From assembly GCF_009914755.1 (NCBI RefSeq), contig NC_060935.1: a DNA stretch of 64,000 nucleotides; one strand, given 5' to 3'. Positions 1 to 13,400 of this stretch are shown one piece after another. The translations under genes were made by a program, and so were the position numbers. Below the pieces are notes generated by a model that did no database searches, was not told where the DNA came from, and was given only the letters and a program-made list of their open reading frames with translations. Position 1 is the stretch's first letter. Each line of letters starts with the position of its first letter. Origin of the DNA: the human T2T-CHM13v2.0 reference genome, Homo sapiens.

Positions 1-232
1 AGCAGGTTGTAAACAATCTTTTTGTAGAATCTGCGATTGGAGATTTGGACTGCTTTGAGGCCTACTGTAGTAAAGGAAATAACTTCATCTAAAAACCAAA
101 CGGAAGCATTCACAGACAATTCTTAGTGATCATTGGATTGAACTAACAGAGCTGAACATTCCTTTAGATGGCGCAGTTTCCAAACACACTTTCTGTAGAA
201 TCTGCAAGTGGATATTTGGACTTCTCTGAGGA

Positions 233-249
233 TTTCGTTGGAAACGGGA
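233..249 (+). other. CENP-B box, canonical (first box of each HOR; recurs every ~850 bp)
   Basis: TTTCGTTGGAAACGGGA matches YTTCGTTGGAARCGGGA and the core nTTCGnnnnAnnCGGGn. Confidence 0.95.
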
Positions 250-399
250 TAAACTTCCCAGAACTACACGGAAGCATTCTGAGAAACTTCTTTGTGATGT
301 TTGCATTCAACTCACAGAGTTGAACCTTGCTTTCATAGTTCAGCTTTCAAACACTCTTTTTGTAGAATCTGCAAGTGGATATTTGGACCACTTTGTGGC

Positions 400-416
400 C
401 TTCCTTCGAAACGGGT
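400..416 (+). other. Degenerate CENP-B box (fixed in the HOR copies)
   Basis: CTTCCTTCGAAACGGGT at the box position of a B-type monomer; core TTCG is replaced by TTCC, so predicted non-binding. Confidence 0.8.
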
Positions 417-741
417 ATATCTTCACATCAAACCTAGACAGAAGCATTCTCAGAATGTTTCCTGTGATGACTGCATTCAACTCACAGAGGTGAACAATCC
501 TGTTGATGGAGCAGTTTTGAAACTCTCTTTCTTTGGATTCTGCAAGTGGATATGAGGACCTCTGTGAAGATTTCGTTGGAACAGGGTTCATCTTCACAGA
601 AAAACTAAACAGAAGCATTCTCAGAAACTGCTTTGTGATGTTTGTGTTCCACTTCAAGAATTGAACTTTCCTCTTGACAGAGCAGCTCTGAAACCCTCTT
701 TTTCTAGAATCAGCAAGTGGACATTTGGAGGGCTTTGAGGC

Positions 742-758
742 CTGTGGTGGAAAAGGAA
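742..758 (+). other. pJalpha-like box of A-type monomer
   Basis: CTGTGGTGGAAAAGGAA at the box position; resembles A-type consensus CTAYGGTGRAAAAGGAA. Confidence 0.7.
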
Positions 759-911
759 AATCTTCACATAAAAACTAGATGGAAGCATTCTCAGAAACTA
801 CTTTGTGATGATTGCATTCGACTCACAGAGTTGAACATTCCTATATATAGAGCAGGTTGTAAACAATCTTTTTGTAGAATCTGCGATTGGAGATTTGGAG
901 TGCTTTGAGGC

Positions 912-928
912 CTACTGTAGTAAAGGAA
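912..928 (+). other. Diverged pJalpha-like box of second A-type monomer
   Basis: CTACTGTAGTAAAGGAA at the box position, lacking the CENP-B core. Confidence 0.6.
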
Positions 929-1420
929 ATAACTTCATCTAAAAACCAAACGGAAGCATTCACAGACAATTCTTAGTGATCATTGCATTGAACTAACAGA
1001 GCTGAACATTCCTTTAGATGGCGCAGTTTCCAAACACACTTTCTGTAGAATCTGCAAGTGGATATTTGGACCTCACTGAGGATTTCGTTGGAAACGGGAT
1101 AAACTTCCCAGAACTACACGGAAGCATTCTGAGAAACTTCTTTGTGATGTTTGCATTCAACTCACAGAGTTGAACCTTGCTTTGATAGTTCAGCTTTCAA
1201 ACACTCTTTTTGTAGAATCTGCAAGTGGATATTTGGACCACTTTGTGGCCTTCCTTCGAAACGGGTATATCTTCACATCAAACCTAGACAGAAGCATTCT
1301 CAGAATGTTTCCTGTGATGACTGCATTCAACTCACAGAGGTGAACAATCCTGTTGATGGAGCAGTTTTGAAACTCTCTTTCTTTGGATTCTGCAAGTGGA
1401 TATGTGGACCTCTGTGAAGA

Positions 1421-1437
1421 TTTCGTTGGAAACGGGT
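1421..1437 (+). other. CENP-B box, core intact (second functional box of each HOR)
   Basis: TTTCGTTGGAAACGGGT keeps all 9 core bases; the equivalent box in the first unit (571-587) is mutated. Confidence 0.92.
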
Positions 1438-4400
1438 TCATCTTCACAGAAAAACTAACCAGGAGCATTCTCAGAAACTGCTTTGTGATGTTTGTGTTCC
1501 ACTTCAGGAATTGAACTTTCCTCTTGACAGAGCAACTCTGAAACCCTCTTTTTCCAGAATCTGCAAGTGGACATTTGGAGGGCTTTGAGGCCTGTGGTGG
1601 AAAAGGAAAATCTTCACATAAAAACTAGATGGAAGCATTCTCAGAAACTACTTTGTGATGATTGCATTCGACTCACAGAGTTGAACATTCCTATAGATAG
1701 AGCAGGTTGTAAACAATCTTTTTGTAGAATCTGCGATTGGAGATTTGGACTGCTTTGAGGCCTACTGTAGCAAAGGAAATAACTTCATCTAAAAACCAAA
1801 CGGAAGCATTCAAAGACAATTCTTAGTGATCATTGGATTGAAGTAACAGAGCTGAACATTCCTTTAGATGGCGCAGTTTCCAAACACACTTTCTGTAGAA
1901 TCTGCAAGTGGATATTTGGACCTCTCTGAGGATTTCGTTGGAAACGGGATAAACTTCCCAGAACTACACGGAAGCATTCTGAGAAACTTCTTTGTGATGT
2001 TTGCATTCAACTCACAGAGTTGAACCTTGCTTTCATAGTTCAGCTTTCAAACACTCTTTTTGTAGAATCTGCAAGTGGATATTTGGACCACTTTGTGGCC
2101 TTCCTTCGAAACGGGTATATCTTCTAATCAAACCTAGACAGAAGCATTCTCAGAATGTTTCCTGTGATGACTGCATTTAACTCACAGAGGTGAACAATCC
2201 TGTTGATGGAGCAGTTTTGAAACTCTCTTTCTTTGGATTCTGCAAGTGGATATGTAGACCTCTGTGAAGATTTCGTTGGAAACGGGTTCATCTTCACAGA
2301 AAAACTAAACAGAAGCATTCTCAGAAACTGCTTTGTGATGTTTGTGTTCCACTTCAAGAATTGAACTTTCCTCTTGACAGAGCAGCTCTGAAACCCTCTT
2401 TTTCTAGAATCTGCAAGTGGACATTTGGAGGGCTTTGAGGCCTGTGGTGGAAAAGGAAAATCTTCACATAAAAACTAGATGGAAGCATTCTCAGAAACTA
2501 CTTTGTGATGATTGCATTCGACTCACAGAGTTGAACATTCCTATAGATAGAGCAGGTTGTAAACAATCTTTTTGTAGAATCTGCGATTGGAGATTTGGAC
2601 TGCTTTGAGGCCTACTGTAGTAAAGGAAATAACTTCATCTAAAAACCAAACGGAAGCATTCACAGACAATGCTTAGTGATCATTGGATTGAACTAACAGA
2701 GCTGAACATTCCTTTAGATGGAGCAGTTTCCAAACACACTTTCTGTAGAATCTGCAAGTGGATATTTGGACCTCTCCGAGGATTTCGTTGGAAACGGGAT
2801 AAACTTCCCAGAACTACACGGAAGCATTCTGAGAAACTTCTTTGTGATGTTTGCATTCAACTCACAGAGTTGAACCTTGCTTTCATAGTTCAGCTTTCAA
2901 ACACTCTTTTTGTGGAATCTGCAAGTGGATATTTGGACCACTTTGTGGCCTTCCTTCGAAACGGGTATATCTTCACATCAAACCTTGACAGAAGCATTCT
3001 CAGAATGTTTCCTGTGATGACTGCATTCAACTCACAGAGGTGAACAATCCTGCTGATGGAGCAGTTTTGAAACTCTCTTTCTTTGGATTCTGCAAGTGGA
3101 TATGTGGACCTCTGTGAAGATTTCGTTGGAAACGGGTTCATCTTCACAGAAAAACTAAACAGGAGCATTCTCAGAAACTGCTTTGTGATGTTTGTGTTCC
3201 ACTTCAAGAATTGAACTTTCCTCTTGACAGAGCAGCTCTGAAACCCTCTTTTTCTAGAATCTGCAAGTGGACATTTGGAGGGCTTTGAGGCCTATGGTGG
3301 AAAAGGAAAATCTTCACATAAAAACTAGATGGAAGCATTCTCAGAAACTACTTTGTGATGATTGCATTCGACTCACAGAGTTGAACATTCCTATAGATAG
3401 AGCAGGTTGTAAACAATCTTTTTGTAGAATCTACGATTGGAGATTTGGACTGCTTTGAGGCCTACTGTAGTAAAGGAAATAACTTCATCTAAAAACCAAA
3501 CGGAAGCATTCACAGACAATTCTTAGTGATCATTGGATTGAACTAACAGAGCTGAACATTCCTTTAGATGGCGCAGTTTCCAAACACACTTTCTGTAGAA
3601 TCTGCAAGTGGATATTTGGACTTCTCTGAGGATTTCGTTGGAAACGGGATAAACTTCCCAGAACTACACGGAAGCATTGTGAGAAACTTCTTTGTGATGT
3701 TTGCATTCAACTCACAGAGTTGAACCTTGCTTTCATAGTTCAGCTTTCAAACACTCTTTTTGTAGAATCTGCAAGTGGATATTTGGACCACTTTGTGGCC
3801 TTCCTTCGAAACGGGTATATCTTCACATCAAACCTAGACAGAAGCATTCTCAGAATGTTTCCTGTGATGACTGCATTCAACTCACAGAGGTGAACAATCC
3901 TGTTGATGGAGCAGTTTTGAAACTCTCTTTCTTTGGATTCTGCAAGTGGATATGAGGACCTCTGTGAAGATTTCGTTGGAACCGGGTTCATCTTCACAGA
4001 AAAACTAAACAGAAGCATTCTCAGAAACTGCTTTGTGATGTTTGTGTTCCACTTCAAGAATTGAACTTTCCTCTTGACAGAGCAGCTCTGAAACCCTCTT
4101 TTTCTAGAATCAGCAAGTGGACATTTGGAGGGCTTTGAGGCCTGTGGTGGAAAAGGAAAATCTTCACATAAAAACTAGATGGAAGCATTCTCAGAAACTA
4201 CTTTGTGATGATTGCATTCGACTCACAGAGTTGAACATTCCTATATATAGAGCAGGTTGTAAACAATCTTTTTGTAGAATCTGCGATTGGAGATTTGGAG
4301 TGCTTTGAGGCCTACTGTAGTAAAGGAAATAACTTCATCTAAAAACCAAACGGAAGCATTCACAGACAATTCTTAGTGATCATTGCATTGAACTAACAGA

Positions 4401-7400
4401 GCTGAACATTCCTTTAGATGGCGCAGTTTCCAAACACACTTTCTGTAGAATCTGCAAGTGGATATTTGGACCTCACTGAGGATTTCGTTGGAAACGGGAT
4501 AAACTTCCCAGAACTACACGGAAGCATTCTGAGAAACTTCTTTGTGATGTTTGCATTCAACTCACAGAGTTGAACCTTGCTTTGATAGTTCAGCTTTCAA
4601 ACACTCTTTTTGTAGAATCTGGAAGTGGATATTTGGACCACTTTGTGGCCTTCCTTCGAAACGGGTATATCTTCACATCAAACCTAGACAGAAGCATTCT
4701 CAGAATGTTTCCTGTGATGACTGCATTCAACTCACAGAGGTGAACAATCCTGTTGATGGAGCAGTTTTGAAACTCTCTTTCTTTGGATTCTGCAAGTGGA
4801 TATGTGGACCTCTGTGAAGATTTCGTTGGAAACGGGTTCATCTTCACAGAAAAACTAACCAGGAGCATTCTCAGAAACTGCTTTGTGATGTTTGTGTTCC
4901 ACTTCAGGAATTGAACTTTCCTCTTGACAGAGCAAATCTGAAACCCTCTTTTTCCAGAATCTGCAAGTGGACATTTGGAGGGCTTTGAGGCCTGTGGTGG
5001 AAAAGGAAAATCTTCACATAAAAACTAGATGGAAGCATTCTCAGAAACTACTTTGTGATGATTGCATTCGACTCACAGAGTTGAACATTCCTATAGATAG
5101 AGCAGGTTGTAAACAATCTTTTTGTAGAATCTGCGATTGGAGATTTGGACTGCTTTGAGGCCTACTGTAGCAAAGGAAATAACTTCATCTAAAAACCAAA
5201 CGGAAGCATTCAAAGACAATTCTTAGTGATCATTGGATTGAAGTAACAGAGCTGAACATTCCTTTAGATGGCGCAGTTTCCAAACACACTTTCTGTAGAA
5301 TCTGCAAGTGGATATTTGGACCTCTCTGAGGATTTCGTTGGAAACGGGATAAACTTCCCAGAACTACACGGAAGCATTCTGAGAAACCTCTTTGTGATGT
5401 TTGCATTCAACTCACAGAGTTGAACCTTGCTTTCATAGTTCAGCTTTCAAACACTCTTTTTGTAGAATCTGCAAGTGGATATTTGGACCACTTTGTGGCC
5501 TTCCTTCGAAACGGGTATATCTTCAAATCAAACCTAGACAGAAGCATTCTCAGAATGTTTCCTGTGATGACTGCATTTAACTCACAGAGGTGAACAATCC
5601 TGTTGATGGAGCAGTTTTGAAACTCTCTTTCTTTGGATTCTGCAAGTGGATATGTAGACCTCTGTGAAGATTTCGTTGGAAACGGGTTCATCTTCACAGA
5701 AAAACTAAACAGAAGCATTCTCAGAAACTGCTTTGTGATGTTTGTGTTCCACTTCAAGAATTGAACTTTCCTCTTGACAGAGCAGCTCTGAAACCCTCTT
5801 TTTCTAGAATCTGCAAGTGGACATTTGGAGGGCTTTGAGGCCTGTGGTGGAAAAGGAAAATCTTCACATAAAAACTAGATGGAAGCATTCTCAGAAACTA
5901 CTTTGTGATGATTGCATTCGACTCACAGAGTTGAACATTCCTATAGATAGAGCAGGTTGTAAACAATCTTTTTGTAGAATCTGCGATTGGAGATTTGGAC
6001 TGCTTTGAGGCCTACTGTAGTAAAGGAAATAACTTCATCTAAAAACCAAACGGAAGCATTCACAGACAATGCTTAGTGATCATTGGATTGAACTAAGAGA
6101 GCTGAACATTCCTTTAGATGGAGCAGTTTCCAAACACACTTTCTGTAGAATCTGCAAGTGGATATTTGGACCTCTCTGAGGATTTCTTTGGAAACGGGAT
6201 AAACTTCTCAGAACTACACGGAAGCATTCTGAGAAACTTCTTTGTGATGTTTGCATTCAACTCACAGAGTTGAACCTTGCTTTCATAGTTCAGCTTTCAA
6301 ACACTCTTTTTGTAGAATCTGCAAGTGGATATTTGGACCACTTTGTGGCCTTCCTTCGAAACGGGTATATCTTCACATCAAACCTAGACAGAAGCATTCT
6401 CAGAATGTTTCCTGTGATGACTGCATTCAACTCACAGAGGTGAACAATCCTGCTGATGGAGCAGTGTTGAAACTCTCTTTCTTTGGATTCTGCAAGTGGA
6501 TATGTGGACCTCTGTGAAGATTTCGTTGGAAACGGGTTCATCTTCACAGAAAAACTAAACAGGAGCATTCTCAGAAACTGCTTTGTGATGTTTGTGTTCC
6601 ACTTCAGGAATTGAACTTTCCTCTTGACAGAGCAGCTCTGAAACCCTCTTTTTCCAGAATCTGCAAGTGGACATTTGGAGGGCTTTGAGGCCTGTGGTGG
6701 AAAAGGAAAATCTTCACATAAAAACTAGATGGAAGCATTCTCAGAAACTACTTTGTGATGATTGCATTCGACTCACAGAGTTGAACATTCCTATAGATAG
6801 AGCAGGTTGTAAACAATCTTTTTGTAGAATCTGCGATTGGAGATTTGGACTGCTTTGAGGCCTACTGTAGTAAAGGAAATAACTTCATCTAAAAACCAAA
6901 CGGAAGCATTCACAGACAATTCTTAGTGATCATTGGATTGAACTAACAGAGCTGAACATTCCTTTAGATGGCGCAGTTTCCAAACACACTTTCTGTAGAA
7001 TCTGCAAGTGGATATTTGGACCTCTCTGAGGATTTCGTTGGAAACGGGATAAACTTCCCAGAACTACACGGAAGCATTCTGAGAAACTTCTTTGTGATGT
7101 TTGCATTCAACTCACAGAGTTGAACCTTGCTTTCATAGTTCAGCTTTCAAACACTCTTTTTGTAGAATCTGCAAGTGGATATTTGGACCACTTTGTGGCC
7201 TTCCTTCGAAACGGGTATATCTTCACATCAAACCTAGACAGAAGCATTCTCAGAATGTTTCCTGTGATGACTGCATTCAACTCACAGAGGTGAACAATCC
7301 TGTTGATGGAGCAGTTTTGAAACTCTCTTTCTTTGGATTCTGCAAGTGGATATGTGGACCTCTGTGAAGATTTCGTTGGAAACGGGTTCATCTTCACAGA

Positions 7401-10400
7401 AAAACTAAACAGAAACATTCTCAGAAACTGCTTTGTGATGTTTGTGTTCCACTTCAAGAATTGAACTTTCCTCTTGACAGAGCAGCTCTGAAACCCTCTT
7501 TTTCTAGAATCTGCAAGTGGACATTTGGAGGGCTTTGAGGCCTGTGGTGGAAAAGGAAAATCTTCACATAAAAACTAGATGGAAGCATTCTCAGAAACTA
7601 TTTTGTGATGATTGCATTCGACTCACAGAGTTGAACATTCCTATAGATAGAGCAGGTTGTAAACAATCTTTTTGTACAATCTGCGATTGGAGATTCGGAC
7701 TGCTTTGAGACCTACTGTAGTAAAGGAAATAACTTCATCTAAAAACCAAACGGAAGCATTCACAGACAATGCTTAGTGATCATTGGATTGAACTAACAGA
7801 GCTGAACATTCCTTTAGATGGAGCAGTTTCCAAACCCACTTTCTGTAGAATCTGCAAGTGGATATTTGGACCTCTCTGAGGATTTCGTTGGAAACGGGAT
7901 ATACTTCCCAGAACTACACCGAAGTATTCTGAGAAACTTCTTTGTGATGTTTGCATTCAACTCACAGAGTTGAACCTTGCTTTCATAGTTCAGCTTTCAA
8001 ACACTCTTTTTGTAGAATCTGCAAGTGGATATTTGGACCACTTTGTGGCCTTCCTTCGAAACGGGTATATCTTCACATCAAACCTAGACAGAAGCATTCT
8101 CAGAATATTTCCTGTGATGACTGCATTCAACTCACAGAGGTGAACAATCCTGCTGATGGAGCAGTTTTGAAACTCTCCTTCTTTGGATTCTGCAAGTGGA
8201 TATGTGGACCTCTGTGAAGATTTCGTTGGAAACGGGTTCATCTTCACAGAAAAACTAAACAGAAGCATTCTCAGAAACTGCTTTGTGATGTTTGTGTTCC
8301 ACTTCAAGAATTGAACTTTCCTCTTGACAGAGCAGCTCTGAAACCCTCTTTTTCTAGAATCTGCAAGTGGACATTTGGAGGGCTTTGAGGCCTGTGGTGG
8401 AAAAGGAAAATCTTCACCTAAAAACTAGATGGAAGCATTCTCAGAAACTACTTTGTGATGATTGCATTCGACTCACAGAGTTGAACATTCCTATAGATAG
8501 AGCAGGTTGTAAACAATCTTTTTGTAGAATCTGTGATTGGAGATTTGGACTGCTTTGAGGCCTATTGTAGTAAAGGAAATAACTTCATCTAAAAACCAAA
8601 CGGAAGCATTCACAGACAATGCTTAGTGATCATTGGATTGAACTAACAGAGCTGAACATGCCTTTAGATGGAGCAGTTTCCAAACACACTTTCTGTAGAA
8701 TCTGCAAGTGGATATTTGGACCTCTCTGAGGATTTCGTTGGAAACGGGATAAACTTCCCAGAACTGCACGGAAGCATTCTGAGAAACTTCTTTGTGATGT
8801 TTGCATTCAACTCACAGAGTTGAACCTTGCTTTCATAGTTCAGCTTTCAAACACTCTTTTTGTAGAATCTGCAAGTGGATATTTGGACCACTTTGTGGCC
8901 TTCCTTCGAAACGGGTATATCTTCACATCAAACCTAGACAGAAGCATTCTCAGAATGTTTCCTGTGATGACTGCATTCAACTCACAGAGGTGAACAATCC
9001 TGTTGATGGAGCAGTTTTGAAACTCCCTTTCTTTGGATTCTGCAAGTGGATATGTGGACCTCTGTGAAGATTTCGTTGGAAACGGGTTCATCTTCACAGA
9101 AAAATTAACAGGAGCATTCTCAGAAACTGCTTTGTGATGTTTCTGTTCCACTTCAAGAATTGAACTTTCCTCTTGACAGAGCAGCTCTGAAACCCTCTTT
9201 TTCTAGAATCTGCAAGTGGACATTTGGAGGGCTTTGAGGCCTGTGGTGGAAAAGGAAAATCTTCACATAAGAACTAGATGGAAGCATTCTCAGAAACTAC
9301 TTTGTGATGATTGCATTCGACTCACAGAGTTGAACATTCCTATAGATAGAGCAGGTTGTAAACAATCTTTTTGTACAATCTGCGATTGGAGATTTGGACT
9401 GCTTTGAGGCCTACTGTAGTAAAGGAAATAACTTCATCTAAAAAGCAAACGGAAGCATTCACAGACAATTCTTAGTGATCATTGGATTGAACTAACAGAG
9501 CTGAACATTCCTTTAGATGGAGCAGTTTCCAAACACACTTTCTGTAGAATCTGCAAGTGGATATTTGGACCTCTCTGAGGATTTCGTTGGAAACGGGATA
9601 TACTTCCCAGAACTACACGGAAGTATTCTGAGAAACTTCTTTGTGATGTTTGCATTCAACTCACAGAGTTGAACCTTGCTTTCATAGTTCAGCTTTCAAA
9701 CACTCTTTTTGTAGAATCTGCAAGTGGATATTTGGACCACTTTGTGGCCTTCCTTCGAAACGGGTATATCTTCATATCAAACCTTGACAGAAGCATTCTC
9801 AGAATGTTTCCTGTGATGACTGCATTCAACTCACAGAGGTGAACAATCCTGCTGATGGAGCAGTTTTGAAACTCTCTTTCTTTGGATTCTGCAAGTGGAT
9901 ATGTGGACCTCTGTGAAGATTTCGTTGGAAACGGTTTCATCTTCACAGAAAAACTAAACAGAAGCATTCTCAGAAACTGCTTTGTGATGTTTGTGTTCCA
10001 CTTCAAGAATTGAACTTTTCTCTTGACAGAGCAGCTCTGAAACCCTCTTTTTCTAGAATCTGCAAGTGGACATTTGGAGGGCTTTGAGGCCTGTGGTGGA
10101 AAAGGAAAATCTTCACATAAAAACTAGATGGAAGCATTCTCAGAAACTACTTTGTGATGATTGCATTCGACTCACAGAGTTGAACATTCCTATAGATAGA
10201 GCAGGTTGTAAACAATCTTTTTGTAGAATCTGCGATTGGAGATTTGGACTGCTTTGAGGCCTACTGTAGTAAAGGAAATAACTTCATCTAAAAAGCAAAC
10301 GGAAGCATTCACAGACAATTCTTAGTGATCATTGCATTGAACTAACAGAGCTGAACATTCCTTTAGATGGCGCAGTTTCCAAACACACTTTCTGTAGAAT

Positions 10401-13400
10401 CTGCAAGTGGATATTTGGACCTCTCTGAGGATTTCGTTGGAAACGGGATAAACTTCCCAGAACTACACGGAAGCATTCTGAGAAACTTCTTTGTGATGTT
10501 TGCATTCAACTCACAGAGTTGAACCTTGCTTTCATAGTTCAGCTTTCAAACACTCTTTTTGTAGAATCTGCAAGTGGATATTTGGACCACTTTGTGGCCT
10601 TCCTTCGAAACGGGTATATCTTCACATCAAACCTAGACAGAAGCATTCTCAGAATGTTTCCTGTGATGACTGCATTCAACTCACAGAGGTGAACAATCCT
10701 GTTGATGGAGCAGTTTTGAAACTCTCTTTCTTTGGATTCTGCAAGTGGATATGTGGACCTCTGTGAAGATTTCGTTGGAAACGGGTTCATCTTCACAGAA
10801 AAACTAAACAGAAGCATTCTCAGAAACTGCTTTGTGATGTTTGTGTTCCACTTCAAGAATTGAACTTTCCTCTTGACAGAGCAGCTCTGAAACCCTCTTT
10901 TTCTAGAATCTGCAAGTGGACATTTGGAGGGCTTTGAGGCCTGTGGTGGAAAAGGAAAATCTTCACATAAAAACTAGATGGAAGCATTCTCAGAAACTAT
11001 TTTGTGATGATTGCATTCGACTCACAGAGTTGAACATTCCTATAGATAGAGCAGGTTGTAAACAATCTTTTTGTAGAATCTGCGATTGGAGATTCGGACT
11101 GCTTTGAGACCTACTGTAGTAAAGGAAATAACTTCATCTAAAAACCAAACGGAAGCATTCACAGACAATGCTTAGTGATCATTGGATTGAACTAACAGAG
11201 CTGAACATTCCTTTAGATGGAGCAGTTTCCAAACCCACTTTCTGTAGAATGTGCAAGTGGATATTTGGACCTCTCTGAGGATTTCGTTGGAAACGGGATA
11301 TACTTCCCAGAACTACACCGAAGTATTCTGAGAAACTTCTTTGTGATGTTTGCATTCAACTCACAGAGTTGAACCTTGCTTTCATAGTTCAGCTTTCAAA
11401 CACTCTTTTTGTAGAATCTGCAAGTGGATATTTGGACCACTTTGTGGCCTTCCTTCGAAACGGGTATATCTTCACATCAAACCTTGACAGAAGCATTCTC
11501 AGAATGTTTCCTGTGATGACTGCATTCAACTCACAGAGGTGAACAATCCTGCTGATGGAGCAGTTTTGAAACTCTCTTTCTTTGGATTCTGCAGGTGGAT
11601 ATGTGGACCTCTGTGAAGATTTCGTTGGAAACGGGTTCATCTTCACAGAAAAACTAAACAGAAGCATTCTCAGAAACTGCTTTGTGATGTTTGTGTTCCA
11701 CTTCAAGAATTGAACTTTCCTCTTGACAGAGCAGCTCTGAAACCCTCTTTTTCTAGAATCTGCAAGTGGACATTTGGAGGGCTTTGAGGCCTGTGGTGGA
11801 AAAGGAAAATCTTCACCTAAAAACTAGATGGAAGCATTCTCAGAAACTACTTTGTGATGATTGCATTCGACTCACAGAGTTGAACATTCCTATAGATAGA
11901 GCAGGTTGTAAACAATCTTTTTGTAGAATCTGCGATTGGAGATTTGGACTGCTTTGAGGCCTATTGTAGTAAAGGAAATAACTTCATCTAAAAACCAAAC
12001 GGAAGCATTCACAGACAATGCTTAGTGATCATTGGATTGAACTAACAGAGCTGAACATTCCTTTAGATGGAGCAGTTTCCAAACACACTTTCTGTAGAAT
12101 CTGCAAGTGGATATTTGGACCTCTCTGAGGATTTCGTTGGAAACGGGATAAACTTCCCAGAACTACACGGAAGCATTCTGAGAAACTTCTTTGTGATGTT
12201 TGCATTCAACTCACAGAGTTGAACCTTGCTTTCATAGTTCAGCTTTCAAACACTCTTTTTGTAGAATCTGCAAGTGGATATTTGGACCACTTTGTGGCCT
12301 TCCTTCCAAACGGGTATATCTTCACATCAAACCTAGACAGAAGCATTCTCAGAATGTTTCCTGTGATGACTGCATTCAACTCACAGAGGTGAACAATCCT
12401 GTTGATGGAGCAGTTTTGAAACTCTCTTTCTTTGGATTCTGCAAGTGGATATGTGGACTTCTGTGAAGATTTCGTTGGAAACGGGTTCATCTTCACAGAA
12501 AAACTAAACAGAAGCATTCTCAGAAACTGCTTTGTGATTTTTGTGTTCCACTTCAAGAATTGAACTTTCCTCTTGACAGAGCAGCTCTGAAACCCTCTTT
12601 TTCTAGAATCTGCAAGTGGACATTTGGAGGGCTTTGAGGCCTGTGGTGGAAAAGGAAAATCTTCACATAAAAACTAGATGGAAGCATTCTCAGAAACTAC
12701 TTTGTGATGATTGCATTCGACTCACAGAGTTGAACATTCCTATAGATAGAGCAGGTTGTAAACAATCTTTTTGTAGAATCTGCCATTGGAGATTTGGAAT
12801 GCTTTCAGGCCTACTGTAGTAAAGGAAATAACTTCATCTAAAAACCAAACGGAAGCATTCACAGACAATTATTAGTGATCATTGGATTGAACTAACAGAG
12901 CTGAACATTCCTTTAGATGGCGCAGTTTCCAAACACACTTTCTGTAGAATCTGCAAGTAGATATTTGGACCTCTCTGAGGATTTCGTTGGAAACGGGATA
13001 AACTTCCCAGAACTACACGGAAGCATTCTGAGAAACTTCTTTGTGATGTTTGCATTCAACTCACAGAGTTGAACCTTGCTTTCATAGTTCAGCTTTCAAA
13101 CACTCTTTTTGTAGAATCTGCAAGTGGATATTTGGACCACTTTGTGGCCTTCCTTCGAAACGGGTATATCTTCACATCAAACCTAGACAGAAGCATTCTC
13201 AGAATGTTTCCTGTGATGACTGCATTCAACTCACGGAGGTGAACAATCCTGTTGATGGAGCCGTTTTGAAACTCCCTTTCTTTGGATTCTGCAAGTGGAT
13301 ATGTGGAACTCTGTGAAGATTTCGTTGGAAACGGGTTCATCTTCACAGAAAAACTAAACAGGAGCATTCTCAGAAACTGCTTTGTGATGTTTGTGTTCCA

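Larger units (their letters stand above)
233..1082 (+). repeat. One representative 850-bp HOR unit (5 monomers, phased on the A/B box)
   Basis: Box positions 233, 400, 571, 742, 912, 1083 give spacings 167, 171, 171, 170, 171 = 850 bp. Confidence 0.95.
1..6150 (+). repeat. Tandem duplication with 3400-bp (4-HOR) period
   Basis: Private variants repeat at +3400: ATGAGG 554/3954, TCAGCAAG 711/4111, CTATATATAG 841/4241, CCTCACTG 1071/4471, TTTGATAG 1181/4581, GCATTTAA ~2175/5575, TGTAGACC ~2255/5655. Confidence 0.9.

Noticed and set aside
841-850. CTATATATAG palindrome / TATA-like element
   Set aside because: Single G>T variant of CTATAGATAG copied by duplication; no promoter context.
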